Notes under the pieces: model-generated
Told to the model about the DNA's origin: nothing
Databases searched by the model: none
Seen by the model: the letters and a program-made list of their open reading frames with translations, nothing else
Shown: piece after piece, positions 46,180-53,493 of the stretch
Numbering within the stretch: the first letter of the stretch is position 1
How the letters are laid out: each line of letters starts with the position of its first letter
DNA from: a virus
Taxonomy: Duplodnaviria; Caudoviricetes
Virus record (IMG/VR): IMGVR_UViG_3300010429_001449
Strand: one strand, 5' to 3'
DNA: 64,000 nt
Made by a program: the position numbers and the translations under genes

Positions 46180-46256
46180 TGGTACCCCGGACGGGATTCG
46201 GACCCGTAGTCTCGGCCTTGAGAGGGCCGCGTCTTAGCCAACTAGACCACCGGGGC
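46180..46256 (-). tRNA. tRNA-Glu(CTC)
   Basis: CGGCC-CTCTCAA-GGCCG, T-loop TCCGAAT, CCA. Confidence 0.9.
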
Positions 46257-46257
46257 A

Positions 46258-46545
46258 TCATGGATGTTGTCCATCGTACTTCGCCAAAAACTCGGTCAAC
46301 CAATCGGGCGGCATGTTCATCGTAGCCATGAACTCCTGTAAGTCCTTAACTTCAACACGCCGCGCCCGCCGCGAGCCACGCGGCAGGTAGTGAAACTTCA
46401 ACAGGCCGTTGTTTGTCCAGCCATGTACTGTCGGAATGGTCGTGCGGCAGATGTCGGCAACTTGACCCGTCGAAAGGATTCCGCGCCGCACCTGCCGAGT
46501 AAACCGCTTCAAACAATCCGTCGCTTCCGCACGTTCATTCGCCAT
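46258..46545 (-). CDS. Excisionase/MerR-like (HTH_17) DNA-binding protein
   Basis: LSTGQVADICRTTIPTVHGWTNNGLLK..P.GS..RRV...DL.EFM...NMP. Confidence 0.85.
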   Translation of the reverse strand: MANERAEATDCLKRFTRQVRRGILSTGQVADICRTTIPTVHGWTNNGLLKFHYLPRGSRRARRVEVKDLQEFMATMNMPPDWLTEFLAKYDGQHP

Positions 46546-46569
46546 AACAGCGTCTCCTCAACCTCGAAA

Positions 46570-46646
46570 TGGTAGGCCCGTCCGGCTACGATCCGGAAAC
46601 CTCCTGCTTGTAGGGCAGGCGCTCTAGCCAATTGAGCTACGGGCCT
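46570..46646 (-). tRNA. tRNA-Val(TAC), atypical
   Basis: CCTGC-CCTACAA-GCAGG (C33), T-loop ATCGTAG, CCA. Confidence 0.75.
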
Positions 46647-46648
46647 AC

Positions 46649-46723
46649 TGGAGAGCGCGGAGGGAATTCCACCCTCGTAAAACAGCTTTGCAGGCTGTTG
46701 CAATAGTGCTCTGCCACGCGCTC
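46649..46723 (-). tRNA. tRNA-Cys(GCA)
   Basis: ACAGC-CTGCAAA-GCTGT, U73 discriminator, T-loop TGGAATT, CCA. Confidence 0.8.
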
Positions 46724-46739
46724 ATTATCACCGCAAGGA

Positions 46740-46829
46740 TGGTGGAACGGGGAGGACTCGAACCTCCAGTTGGCCCTTTCGGTACCGCCAGATTTACAGT
46801 CTGGTCCGCTGCCATTGCGGGACCGTTCC
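46740..46829 (-). tRNA. tRNA-Tyr(GTA)
   Basis: CCAGA-CTGTAAA-TCTGG, long variable arm, CCA. Confidence 0.92.
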
Positions 46830-46832
46830 ACA

Positions 46833-47054
46833 TCAACGACGAACCACGCTTGCAGCACGACAAGCTGGACAAATCCACTTGATCCCGACCTTCACCCACT
46901 TCCCCTTCTCGGCGTCCTGAACGGCTTGTTCCGGCGTCGGGCGCATAGGCGTGTACTCAAGGCAGTCTTCCGCGCCCGTATGTGAACACTGAATATAGTA
47001 TCCGCACTCACTGATGTGCTCGACGCCCAACTGCTGTACGTCATGCTCGTTCAT
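46833..47054 (-). CDS. Small Cys-containing protein within tRNA cluster
   Basis: GGAGG RBS; GKW..WICPAC. Confidence 0.7.
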   Translation of the reverse strand: MNEHDVQQLGVEHISECGYYIQCSHTGAEDCLEYTPMRPTPEQAVQDAEKGKWVKVGIKWICPACRAASVVRR

Positions 47055-47073
47055 CACAACCTCCGAGAGGAAG

Positions 47074-47163
47074 TGGCGGACGGAGGGGGACTTGAACCCC
47101 CAGAACCGTGTTAGGGTTCTCCAGATTTCGAGGCTGGTGCCTTGCCAATTAGGCTACCCGTCC
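47074..47163 (-). tRNA. tRNA-Ser(CGA)
   Basis: Loop CTCGAAA, long variable arm, G73, CCA. Confidence 0.9.
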
Positions 47164-47175
47164 GTACGAAAAGAG

Positions 47176-47266
47176 TGGCGGAAGGAGGGGGACTCGAACC
47201 CCCAAGAGAGCTTTTGGCCCTCCGACGGTTTAGCAAACCGTTGCCTTGCCATTAGGCAATCCTTCC
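47176..47266 (-). tRNA. tRNA-Ser(GCT)
   Basis: ACGGT-TTGCTAA-ACCGT, long variable arm, G73, CCA. Confidence 0.92.
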
Positions 47267-47267
47267 G

Positions 47268-47343
47268 TGGCGGTCTGTAGGGGAACTCGAACCCCTTCCT
47301 TCTGGTTGACAACCAGACATGCAATCCTTTACACCAACAGACC
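47268..47343 (-). tRNA. tRNA-Asp(GTC)
   Basis: TCTGG-TTGTCAA-CCAGA, G73, CCA. Confidence 0.88.
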
Positions 47344-47349
47344 AGAAAC

Positions 47350-47460
47350 TGGTGGGCGGCTGGCCGGATTCACACCGACATTCTCACCGAGAAGGATCGT
47401 TGTTGCAGACCACTTCCTTCTAATTGTGAGACCTTACCAGGCTGCAAAATGCAGCCGCCC
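47350..47460 (-). ncRNA. Enlarged tRNA-like RNA 1 (111 nt)
   Basis: GGGCGGCTG/CAGCCGCCC-A-CCA closing stem, T-arm GTCGG-TGTGAAT-CCGGC, elongated middle arm. Confidence 0.7.
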
Positions 47461-47470
47461 GAAAACTGTT

Positions 47471-47585
47471 CGCGGCTGGCCGGGTTCATCCGTTCCGCCT
47501 TTGGGTTTGTGGCGGGTAGCTACTCCCGCTCTCACGCGCCCTGGTACGCTCCGTAGGGCATACGATCCCAAGATTACGCAGCCGC
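47471..47585 (-). ncRNA. Enlarged tRNA-like RNA 2 (about 115 nt)
   Basis: GCGGCTG/CAGCCGC stem; 3' GAACCCGGCCAGCCG junction; no encoded CCA. Confidence 0.6.
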
Positions 47586-47596
47586 TAAAGATTGCG

Positions 47597-47759
47597 TGGC
47601 GACTGGCCGGTTTCCTCACCCGGCTCCCATTTGGTCACGGACGGCCCAATGTTGGCTTCACAGAAGCTCCGAACCAAGAGCAATATGTTCACAGCTTCTC
47701 AGCAACTCTGACGCGCCGCGTTGAATTGCAACCAGACGATTGCTTCGTCTCAGTCGCCA
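47597..47759 (-). ncRNA. Enlarged tRNA-like RNA 3 (about 163 nt)
   Basis: TGGCGACTG/CAGTCGCCA stem; GCCGG-GTGAGGAAA-CCGGC arm; internal hairpins. Confidence 0.65.
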
Positions 47760-47767
47760 AAAATGAC

Positions 47768-47842
47768 TGGCCAAACGGGGAGGAGTCGAACCCCCCTCTC
47801 CCGTTGTACATCGGGTGTTCTGCCATCTGAACTACCGTTTGG
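47768..47842 (-). tRNA. Atypical tRNA, 8-nt anticodon loop (identity undetermined)
   Basis: D arm GTTC/GAAC, CCCG-ATGTACAA-CGGG, GGTTCGACTCC, CCA. Confidence 0.6.
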
Positions 47843-47850
47843 TCGAAACC

Positions 47851-48020
47851 GCTGACTGGCAGGATTCCCCACCCTGCTCCGCACGGAAGCATTGCGCGTT
47901 ATTCCGTGGCATCGGGCCGTCTCACTGTCCCCCGGCTTCCACCGAGTCGCGGCTCGTCTCTGAACTAACGGTTCTCGTCGTCCAGACTCTTACCCGACCA
48001 GCGCACTGGCCGCAGTCAGC
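47851..48020 (-). ncRNA. Enlarged tRNA-like RNA 4 (about 170 nt)
   Basis: GCTGACTG/CAGTCAGC stem; GCAGG-GTGGGGAAT-CCTGC arm; internal hairpins. Confidence 0.65.
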
Positions 48021-48026
48021 AGAAAC

Positions 48027-48171
48027 TGGCTGCTCGCGGGGAGGATTTGAACCCCCGTCCACAGACCCAAGCGTCTGGCGACGCTTGTTCGCGGCGCGGC
48101 CTACCCCGCCAGAGGCATGACCGCTTAGCCCGCAGCCTGCGTGTTTTAAGCCAGACCTAAACTACGCGAGC
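48027..48171 (-). ncRNA. tRNA-like RNA with about 70-nt structured insertion in place of the anticodon loop
   Basis: GCTCGCG/CGCGAGC acceptor, D arm GTTT/AAAC, CGCAGGC/GTCTGTG stem, GGTTCAAATCC, CCA. Confidence 0.7.
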
Positions 48172-48178
48172 GCAGCAA

Positions 48179-48190
48179 TGTCAAAGAGCG
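48179..48190 (-). promoter_or_regulatory. boxA-like antitermination element
   Basis: CGCTCTTTGACA vs rrn boxA TGCTCTTTAACA, between promoter 48277-48304 and the first RNA gene. Confidence 0.55.
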
Positions 48191-48317
48191 GTACGACAAC
48201 TCAGGTCATCTTACCATCCTCCGCAAGAAATGTCTCGGCGAAACAGCAAAGACAATCACTCACGTCTGACACTGTTATTATAACAGCGGGGAGGAAGATG
48301 TCAAGAGATTTTTCCGA

Positions 48318-48665
48318 TTAATCGTTGGTTCCTTCAATGATAGTTACGCGCTTCTTGCGGACACCGGCTGCTTCCTCTTGGAGTTTGCGGTGGAGGTCGC
48401 CCTGTTTGCCGTCGAGACGGTACTCGAAGCCGACGACGTTCATGCAGTTGGAGTTGGTACACATCCAGATGTTCCGCTTGACGGGGATTAGGTTCTTACG
48501 CTTGTCGCGTGAGAGACCTGGAACAGTCCTGGCGAAGACCATGTTCGCGTGGCAAAGGGGGCAGGCCACGCCCTTGCGCAAATTGAAGTTGACGCGCTTA
48601 ACCGCCGAGTTGGTCTTCGGCGGGGCGTCCGTTTTGCCCTTGCTCAGACGGCCTTTGTGACTCAT
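48318..48665 (-). CDS. Basic zinc-ribbon protein
   Basis: CPLC..CTNSNC. Confidence 0.7.
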   Translation of the reverse strand: MSHKGRLSKGKTDAPPKTNSAVKRVNFNLRKGVACPLCHANMVFARTVPGLSRDKRKNLIPVKRNIWMCTNSNCMNVVGFEYRLDGKQGDLHRKLQEEAAGVRKKRVTIIEGTND

Positions 48666-48867
48666 CAGAAAGCTCCACGCCCATTTCTTGCGCGGCATCC
48701 TTCACCGCGTGGGCGAATTCTTCAGATGTGAAAACGCCTTTTTCTATCAACAGGGACACGAGAGCAACGCGACTGACCACATTGACATTGGTAATGCGTG
48801 CAGTCGTCGCCAGAGTTCTACGAACTTCTGTGTCGGAGGCCAGCAGCCGCTGGAGCAACTGGGCCAC
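48598..48867 (-). CDS. Hypothetical protein
   Basis: LLIEKGVFTSEEF; start uncertain. Confidence 0.5.
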   Translation of the reverse strand: MAQLLQRLLASDTEVRRTLATTARITNVNVVSRVALVSLLIEKGVFTSEEFAHAVKDAAQEMGVELSDESQRPSEQGQNGRPAEDQLGG

Positions 48868-48869
48868 CG

Positions 48870-49283
48870 CTACAGACGGGCGGCCACCGCTGCGGCCAAC
48901 TCCTCCCGGCTCATTTTGATCACACATCGTTCGCACGCCACCAGAACATGGTCCTTTGTCCAGACGGCCTTGTCGCTATCCTTACGCGGCTTCCTGTGAC
49001 AGAAAGGACAGGTCTTAGACGGATCGTTGTCATCAATAGCTTGGAGAGCCAGCTTGGCCGCCTCCACGTGGGGGCCTTCAACGCCCAAGTTGACCAGCGT
49101 TTGAAGAATCTCCACCCCCGCCACAAATAGGCCCAAGCCGGTTTTGACTTCTGTCGGCGAGAAGACTACGCGGGCGGATACTTCGCCGTCCGGGTTGTTA
49201 GACACGGTAACAGCCGTTACGAAGTCGCCCTCATAACTGCGTTCGGTCCTACGATCTTTGAGAGTTACCTTAACAGAACTCAT
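48870..49283 (-). CDS. Hypothetical protein with ClpX-type-like Zn motif
   Basis: CPFC..ACERCV; AGGAGA RBS. Confidence 0.7.
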   Translation of the reverse strand: MSSVKVTLKDRRTERSYEGDFVTAVTVSNNPDGEVSARVVFSPTEVKTGLGLFVAGVEILQTLVNLGVEGPHVEAAKLALQAIDDNDPSKTCPFCHRKPRKDSDKAVWTKDHVLVACERCVIKMSREELAAAVAARL

Positions 49284-49738
49284 CAGCTTTCTCCTATGCC
49301 TAGCGAAACTGTAGCCCCACACGAGGGACAACGCAAGAAAACACCATCTCCAATCTGGGTCAGAGGAATGTTCTCCGGCCACAGTTCAGAGCACGACGAA
49401 CAGCCAGCGGAGATCGCCCCGACCTTCTCCATGCGCTCGGATTGGAAATCCCGCAGGGATTCCAGCAAGCCGGGCGAGATGGGTCGACGCTCCGATTCTT
49501 CCTCTTTGATGCGACTGATCAGATCGATGGCCTCCCTGCGCGAGAGCGACGCCAGCCAGAACACGGGAGCCATACGAGAAAGCTCCAGGAAGCTGATGAT
49601 GCTCGGCGCGAACAGACCCTTCGTGATTTGCCAGTGATTGTACAGGAAGAAGAACTGCTTGTAAGTGATTCCCTGCGCGGGGAACCCGCCGGAAAACCAC
49701 GAGTCGTTTCGTTTGTTTCTGTGAACTCGCGCCATCAC
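49283..49738 (-). CDS. Hypothetical protein with C-terminal Zn ribbon
   Basis: CSSC..CPSC. Confidence 0.7.
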   Translation of the reverse strand: MMARVHRNKRNDSWFSGGFPAQGITYKQFFFLYNHWQITKGLFAPSIISFLELSRMAPVFWLASLSRREAIDLISRIKEEESERRPISPGLLESLRDFQSERMEKVGAISAGCSSCSELWPENIPLTQIGDGVFLRCPSCGATVSLGIGES

Positions 49739-50331
49739 GCGATCCCCCGATAATAAGGCGGCGGTGCGGCGTTGCGGAAGCCGTGTAACTCGACGATGTG
49801 AACCATGATCTTGAAGCCGGTCTTAGGCATGTAGATGCGCCAGACGCCCTCTTTGGGGAACGGGCAAACAATGCGCTTGTCCACCCCAGTGGCCTTGATG
49901 TGTGCGCCGATAATGCTCTGGCCGCTCATGTCGTAAGGATCGTCCTTCGGCAGATCAATGAAAATGTAGTACGTGTGCAACCACAGACCCAGACGGCTGA
50001 TTTCGCGTCGAGCCTCGGAAAGTGTAACAACAGTGCCTGGCCGATCATCCGTCGTCATGTCCACGTGCTTGCAGCGGTGACGGTACGCGTTGCCCTGGCA
50101 CGAACACTCACCCGTCGATTGGACGGTGTAGGTCGCGTCATGGACGAGTTTCGTTCCGTCAGGAGAGATGTTGAACTTCAACACGTGCGCCACGCCATCC
50201 CGGAAACCGGTAGGCTCGAAGTACACGTGCTGCGGCTCAACCTTCTTCCGCTTCGCCTTCTTCGGACTCTTCTCCGTCGTCTGCGGCGGCGAAGGCTGCG
50301 AGGGCGTTTTCTCCGTAGAGGACACGGACAT
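49735..50331 (-). CDS. SWIM-type zinc-finger protein
   Basis: CSC-x8-CKH. Confidence 0.7.
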   Translation of the reverse strand: MSVSSTEKTPSQPSPPQTTEKSPKKAKRKKVEPQHVYFEPTGFRDGVAHVLKFNISPDGTKLVHDATYTVQSTGECSCQGNAYRHRCKHVDMTTDDRPGTVVTLSEARREISRLGLWLHTYYIFIDLPKDDPYDMSGQSIIGAHIKATGVDKRIVCPFPKEGVWRIYMPKTGFKIMVHIVELHGFRNAAPPPYYRGIA

Positions 50332-51085
50332 CGTCTCCGGGTTCGAGAGCAATGACTTTGACACCAAACGTGCGCTCCAAACTGAGGCACAGTTTGCTAA
50401 GAGATTCCTTACGCCCATCCCATGCCTCAGCGTTGAAAGCAGTACAAATGCAAGCCAGGAGATGACCAGGTTTGTCGGACTCGGCTATGGTACGAGCACG
50501 CGCTTCTGCCTCCTGCCAGACAGCAAGCTGCTCCGCAAACAATGGAAAACGCAGAATCTTGACAGGATGATCCGGCGTCGGCCTTTCCGTCTTCTTGTCT
50601 GCCACGGCTGTCTCCAGCGCTTGGTTCACTTGCTCCTTGACCTGTTCCAGAGAAAGGTCTTGCGCCGTCTCCAACCACTCCTTTGCCGTATCTTCGTCCT
50701 TCAACAAACCGGCGTCGGCGAGTTTGCGCAGGCTGTTGGCCTTCGTCGTCGAGATAGTGCCCATCTCCTCTTTCGTGAGAGGGGTATTGTCTCGCAGCGA
50801 CCGGAATATCTGGACGTAGGTGTAACCCTGTCGTCCAGGCATTCCCAGTTCTTTCTCGCAGTACTCGTCGAAGGAGTTCCAACCATAGTCGTTGTAGAAC
50901 GACTTCTTGATAATGTGATCCAGCGTCTCCGCCAACGCCACATTCAGAACTCTCGAAGCGAAATACAAGGCGCGGGCGCGATCACGCACCTCCTCGGACG
51001 ACAACGACTCCAGGTCAACCTCGTCGGGAACACCGGGCACCAACTCTTTCTTCTGGACTGCTGGTAACATCTTTTCGTCTGGCAT
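50237..51085 (-). CDS. Hypothetical protein (possible DNA-binding)
   Basis: YGWNSFDEYCEKELG; acidic tail. Confidence 0.75.
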   Translation of the reverse strand: MPDEKMLPAVQKKELVPGVPDEVDLESLSSEEVRDRARALYFASRVLNVALAETLDHIIKKSFYNDYGWNSFDEYCEKELGMPGRQGYTYVQIFRSLRDNTPLTKEEMGTISTTKANSLRKLADAGLLKDEDTAKEWLETAQDLSLEQVKEQVNQALETAVADKKTERPTPDHPVKILRFPLFAEQLAVWQEAEARARTIAESDKPGHLLACICTAFNAEAWDGRKESLSKLCLSLERTFGVKVIALEPGDDVRVLYGENALAAFAAADDGEESEEGEAEEG

Positions 51086-51487
51086 TTACACCGCTCCCAC
51101 AGATCGCCCCTCGCGGAGAGCAGTTCTGACATCGTTCCAATGGACCCACACGGTGTGTAGTGAATGTCCTGTCATCTTCGCAACCTCGGCGTGCGGCTTT
51201 CGAGCAATCCTCGGACTTAAGAAAAAGTCCGGAATGGACTTGTAGCCTAGACCCTTCACTACTTCCGCGAAAGTAGGCTGCCGAGGCTTCACGTCCAGCT
51301 TTTTGATCACCCTTCTCACCGTTTCAGCCGAGAACTTCTTGTCGTCGCCTGCCAACAGCATCGCAATCTCCGGGGCCGTCTTTCGCTGCTCCACCGCTAG
51401 GTGTTTCAGAACGGCTCCTAACTCACTTGTTCCCAGATGACGCTCCCCCCAAGTCTGAGCCGCGATCACAAACGCTGTGCGTCTCAT
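51086..51487 (-). CDS. Hypothetical protein with HTH-like segments
   Basis: AGGAGA RBS; APEIAMLL..SAETVRRV and HAEVAKMTGHSLHTV. Confidence 0.65.
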   Translation of the reverse strand: MRRTAFVIAAQTWGERHLGTSELGAVLKHLAVEQRKTAPEIAMLLAGDDKKFSAETVRRVIKKLDVKPRQPTFAEVVKGLGYKSIPDFFLSPRIARKPHAEVAKMTGHSLHTVWVHWNDVRTALREGRSVGAV

Positions 51488-52073
51488 GCACGGTCTCCTT
51501 TTCTGAAAGGGACTTGGGAGCACCCAAAGCTTCCGGGTTGTCACACCAACCCAGAAAATCACGAAATACGCAGATGAATAGCGAACTCGCGCCATCCTCC
51601 TGCGTAACATCACGCCCGTCATCAAAACGCATGACCGGGAGCGCGGGCTTGCCCACACGATCACACAACCACCGCCATTCTCTGCGGCCCATCACCAGGA
51701 GGTGCTTGCCGCTCCTTACGGAAATGACCAGCCATCGCATTTTGCGTCCGCTGAGAACAACCTCGACTTGACCGAGTTCATTCCACCACCGGACAATCGG
51801 ATGATTGCCGGGCGATGCTACCAGCAGTCCAAACAAATCCTCTCGGTCGAACTCGCTGGGGCGACACTTGGCGTCCACCGCGAATGGAAATCCTTCCGCA
51901 GCCGGTTTGGCCGCCACAATATCGGCCTCAGCTTTTGCGCGAGGGAATGCGCCGGAGCAGGCGATGCGGGCGAATGCGTCTCGGTCTCCGCACCACCACT
52001 CGCCCAGTTCGTGGGCGAGCTTTAGCTCGAACGCTTTCCAAGTACCAGTGCCTTGATTACCCTTGCGCGACAT
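51423..52073 (-). CDS. Holliday-junction-resolvase-like PD-(D/E)xK nuclease
   Basis: KAFELKLA..FAR..SGA..ADI..AVDAK. Confidence 0.7.
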   Translation of the reverse strand: MSRKGNQGTGTWKAFELKLAHELGEWWCGDRDAFARIACSGAFPRAKAEADIVAAKPAAEGFPFAVDAKCRPSEFDREDLFGLLVASPGNHPIVRWWNELGQVEVVLSGRKMRWLVISVRSGKHLLVMGRREWRWLCDRVGKPALPVMRFDDGRDVTQEDGASSLFICVFRDFLGWCDNPEALGAPKSLSEKETVHETHSVCDRGSDLGGASSGNK

Positions 52074-52995
52074 CTTTCTGCCACTCCTCTACCAACTCAT
52101 CGACGTAATCATCGTCAAAACAACGAGACGCCCAAGGGCAGGAGCGCGTGTCGCACCCCAACAGTCTGGGCGGGAAATTTCTGTTCTTTTCGGCGGCGCG
52201 ATACTGACGGAGCAGAGCGAGCGTGCGCTCGACCAGGGCTTCGTCGTAGTCGATGACGAACTCCTTGACGAGCGCGGGGTCTTCGTTGCCTTTGTCGATG
52301 TAAACGATCCGCGCCTGCGTCAGCTTGAGCGGACGCATGTAAAGATTGGCCTGGAGCACGTGCGCGTCATACGGCTTCTTGAGAAACTGGTACGACTTGG
52401 GACCGGCAGACTTCAATTCGAGGATTGAAAAAGGCGAAGTGGCCAATACGCCGTCTGTGTGCCCGATATAGCCGGTATCCTCGTCCTTCACTCCCATCTC
52501 GACGTAATGCCAGTAACCGCCTCTCGGACACAACTGGCAGTGCCGCTCAACAACACTGTCGTCCGGCCAAATGCACTTGCACGTCTTGACATCCGCGCAC
52601 TTCTCGCACGGGCCGGAAGGCATCTTGACCCACAGGTCGCGGTCGAAACCGCCTACCCTGTGGCCGCACCGCTTGCATTCCCAGACACCGAGCAGGAGTC
52701 CTGCGGGGCCAAGATACTGATTCTGAAACAGATCGTGCAACGCCGAGCCGAAGTTGAACCGCGCCATCGTCAACGCATCAACGTCCTTGACGCCATCTAT
52801 AGGGTCAAGCAGCGAGAACAACTTTTTGCGCGGACAAAAGCCGTAGAGTTCAGAACAATGCAGCCCCGGCGCACGATTAGTAGGAACCCAGTTCAGCGTA
52901 CGAAGCACTTGCTTCAGGGCGTCAGATATCAACGAGGACGGTTCAGGGGTTGTACTTTCAACGAGGTCGCCTAGCACATCTGTCACGTCGGACAT
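52057..52995 (-). CDS. Cas4-like PD-(D/E)xK exonuclease with Cys-rich insertion
   Basis: CPRK, GSALH, GHTDG, LELKS, QANLY, C-terminal Cys cluster. Confidence 0.85.
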   Translation of the reverse strand: MSDVTDVLGDLVESTTPEPSSLISDALKQVLRTLNWVPTNRAPGLHCSELYGFCPRKKLFSLLDPIDGVKDVDALTMARFNFGSALHDLFQNQYLGPAGLLLGVWECKRCGHRVGGFDRDLWVKMPSGPCEKCADVKTCKCIWPDDSVVERHCQLCPRGGYWHYVEMGVKDEDTGYIGHTDGVLATSPFSILELKSAGPKSYQFLKKPYDAHVLQANLYMRPLKLTQARIVYIDKGNEDPALVKEFVIDYDEALVERTLALLRQYRAAEKNRNFPPRLLGCDTRSCPWASRCFDDDYVDELVEEWQKDVAQG

Positions 52996-53040
52996 TCATG
53001 TTTCCTTTCACAAGATATTATATCCGAGGTATTGGTAATG

Positions 53041-53493
53041 TCAAGACTGTTTTGCGCAGTCTTGTTTTTCTTGCTGGTCTTCCCACGAGAGAAGTAGCCG
53101 GGTTAGGACGGGGAGGGGAATCATTACCCACTGTTTGCCGACGGCTACGGGAAGCTGTTGAAACTCGACGGCCAACGCGGGAAGCTGGCTCTCGCGCTCC
53201 GCCTCGATGAACAGCTTGGTGAGCCAGTCGGACTTGACGCTGAGCGAGCGGAACTGAGTAGTTTTGCACTCAAGCTTGAAAAAGCGGGTGATGACATCGC
53301 CTTTGTGTCCGTCGAACGCGCCGGAGGCTGGCTGGACGCGCCCGACCATTGCCTCGGCGACGCGCTCCTGGTGACGGCGGGCGGCCTCGTTGTTACGGAA
53401 CTGCTTGGCGTGAGAGCGTTTGTTGGACGATTTATCGCGGTCACGCTTGTCTCCGGTGTGTTCCAACAGCTTGCTCTGATCAATGGGAGGCAT
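53041..53493 (-). CDS. Holliday-junction-resolvase-like PD-(D/E)xK nuclease
   Basis: QPASGA..KGDV..LECKTT..DWL. Confidence 0.75.
   Translation of the reverse strand: MPPIDQSKLLEHTGDKRDRDKSSNKRSHAKQFRNNEAARRHQERVAEAMVGRVQPASGAFDGHKGDVITRFFKLECKTTQFRSLSVKSDWLTKLFIEAERESQLPALAVEFQQLPVAVGKQWVMIPLPVLTRLLLSWEDQQEKQDCAKQS

Noticed and set aside
46570-46646. Amber suppressor (CTA) reading of the Val tRNA, and stop-codon recoding
   Set aside because: The 7-nt loop CCTACAA centres on TAC; long conserved genes are intact under the standard code and all three stop codons are used
47350-48020. tRNA-Sec or tmRNA
   Set aside because: No TCA anticodon loop; units are far shorter than tmRNA, each closes its own stem, and no tag reading frame is evident
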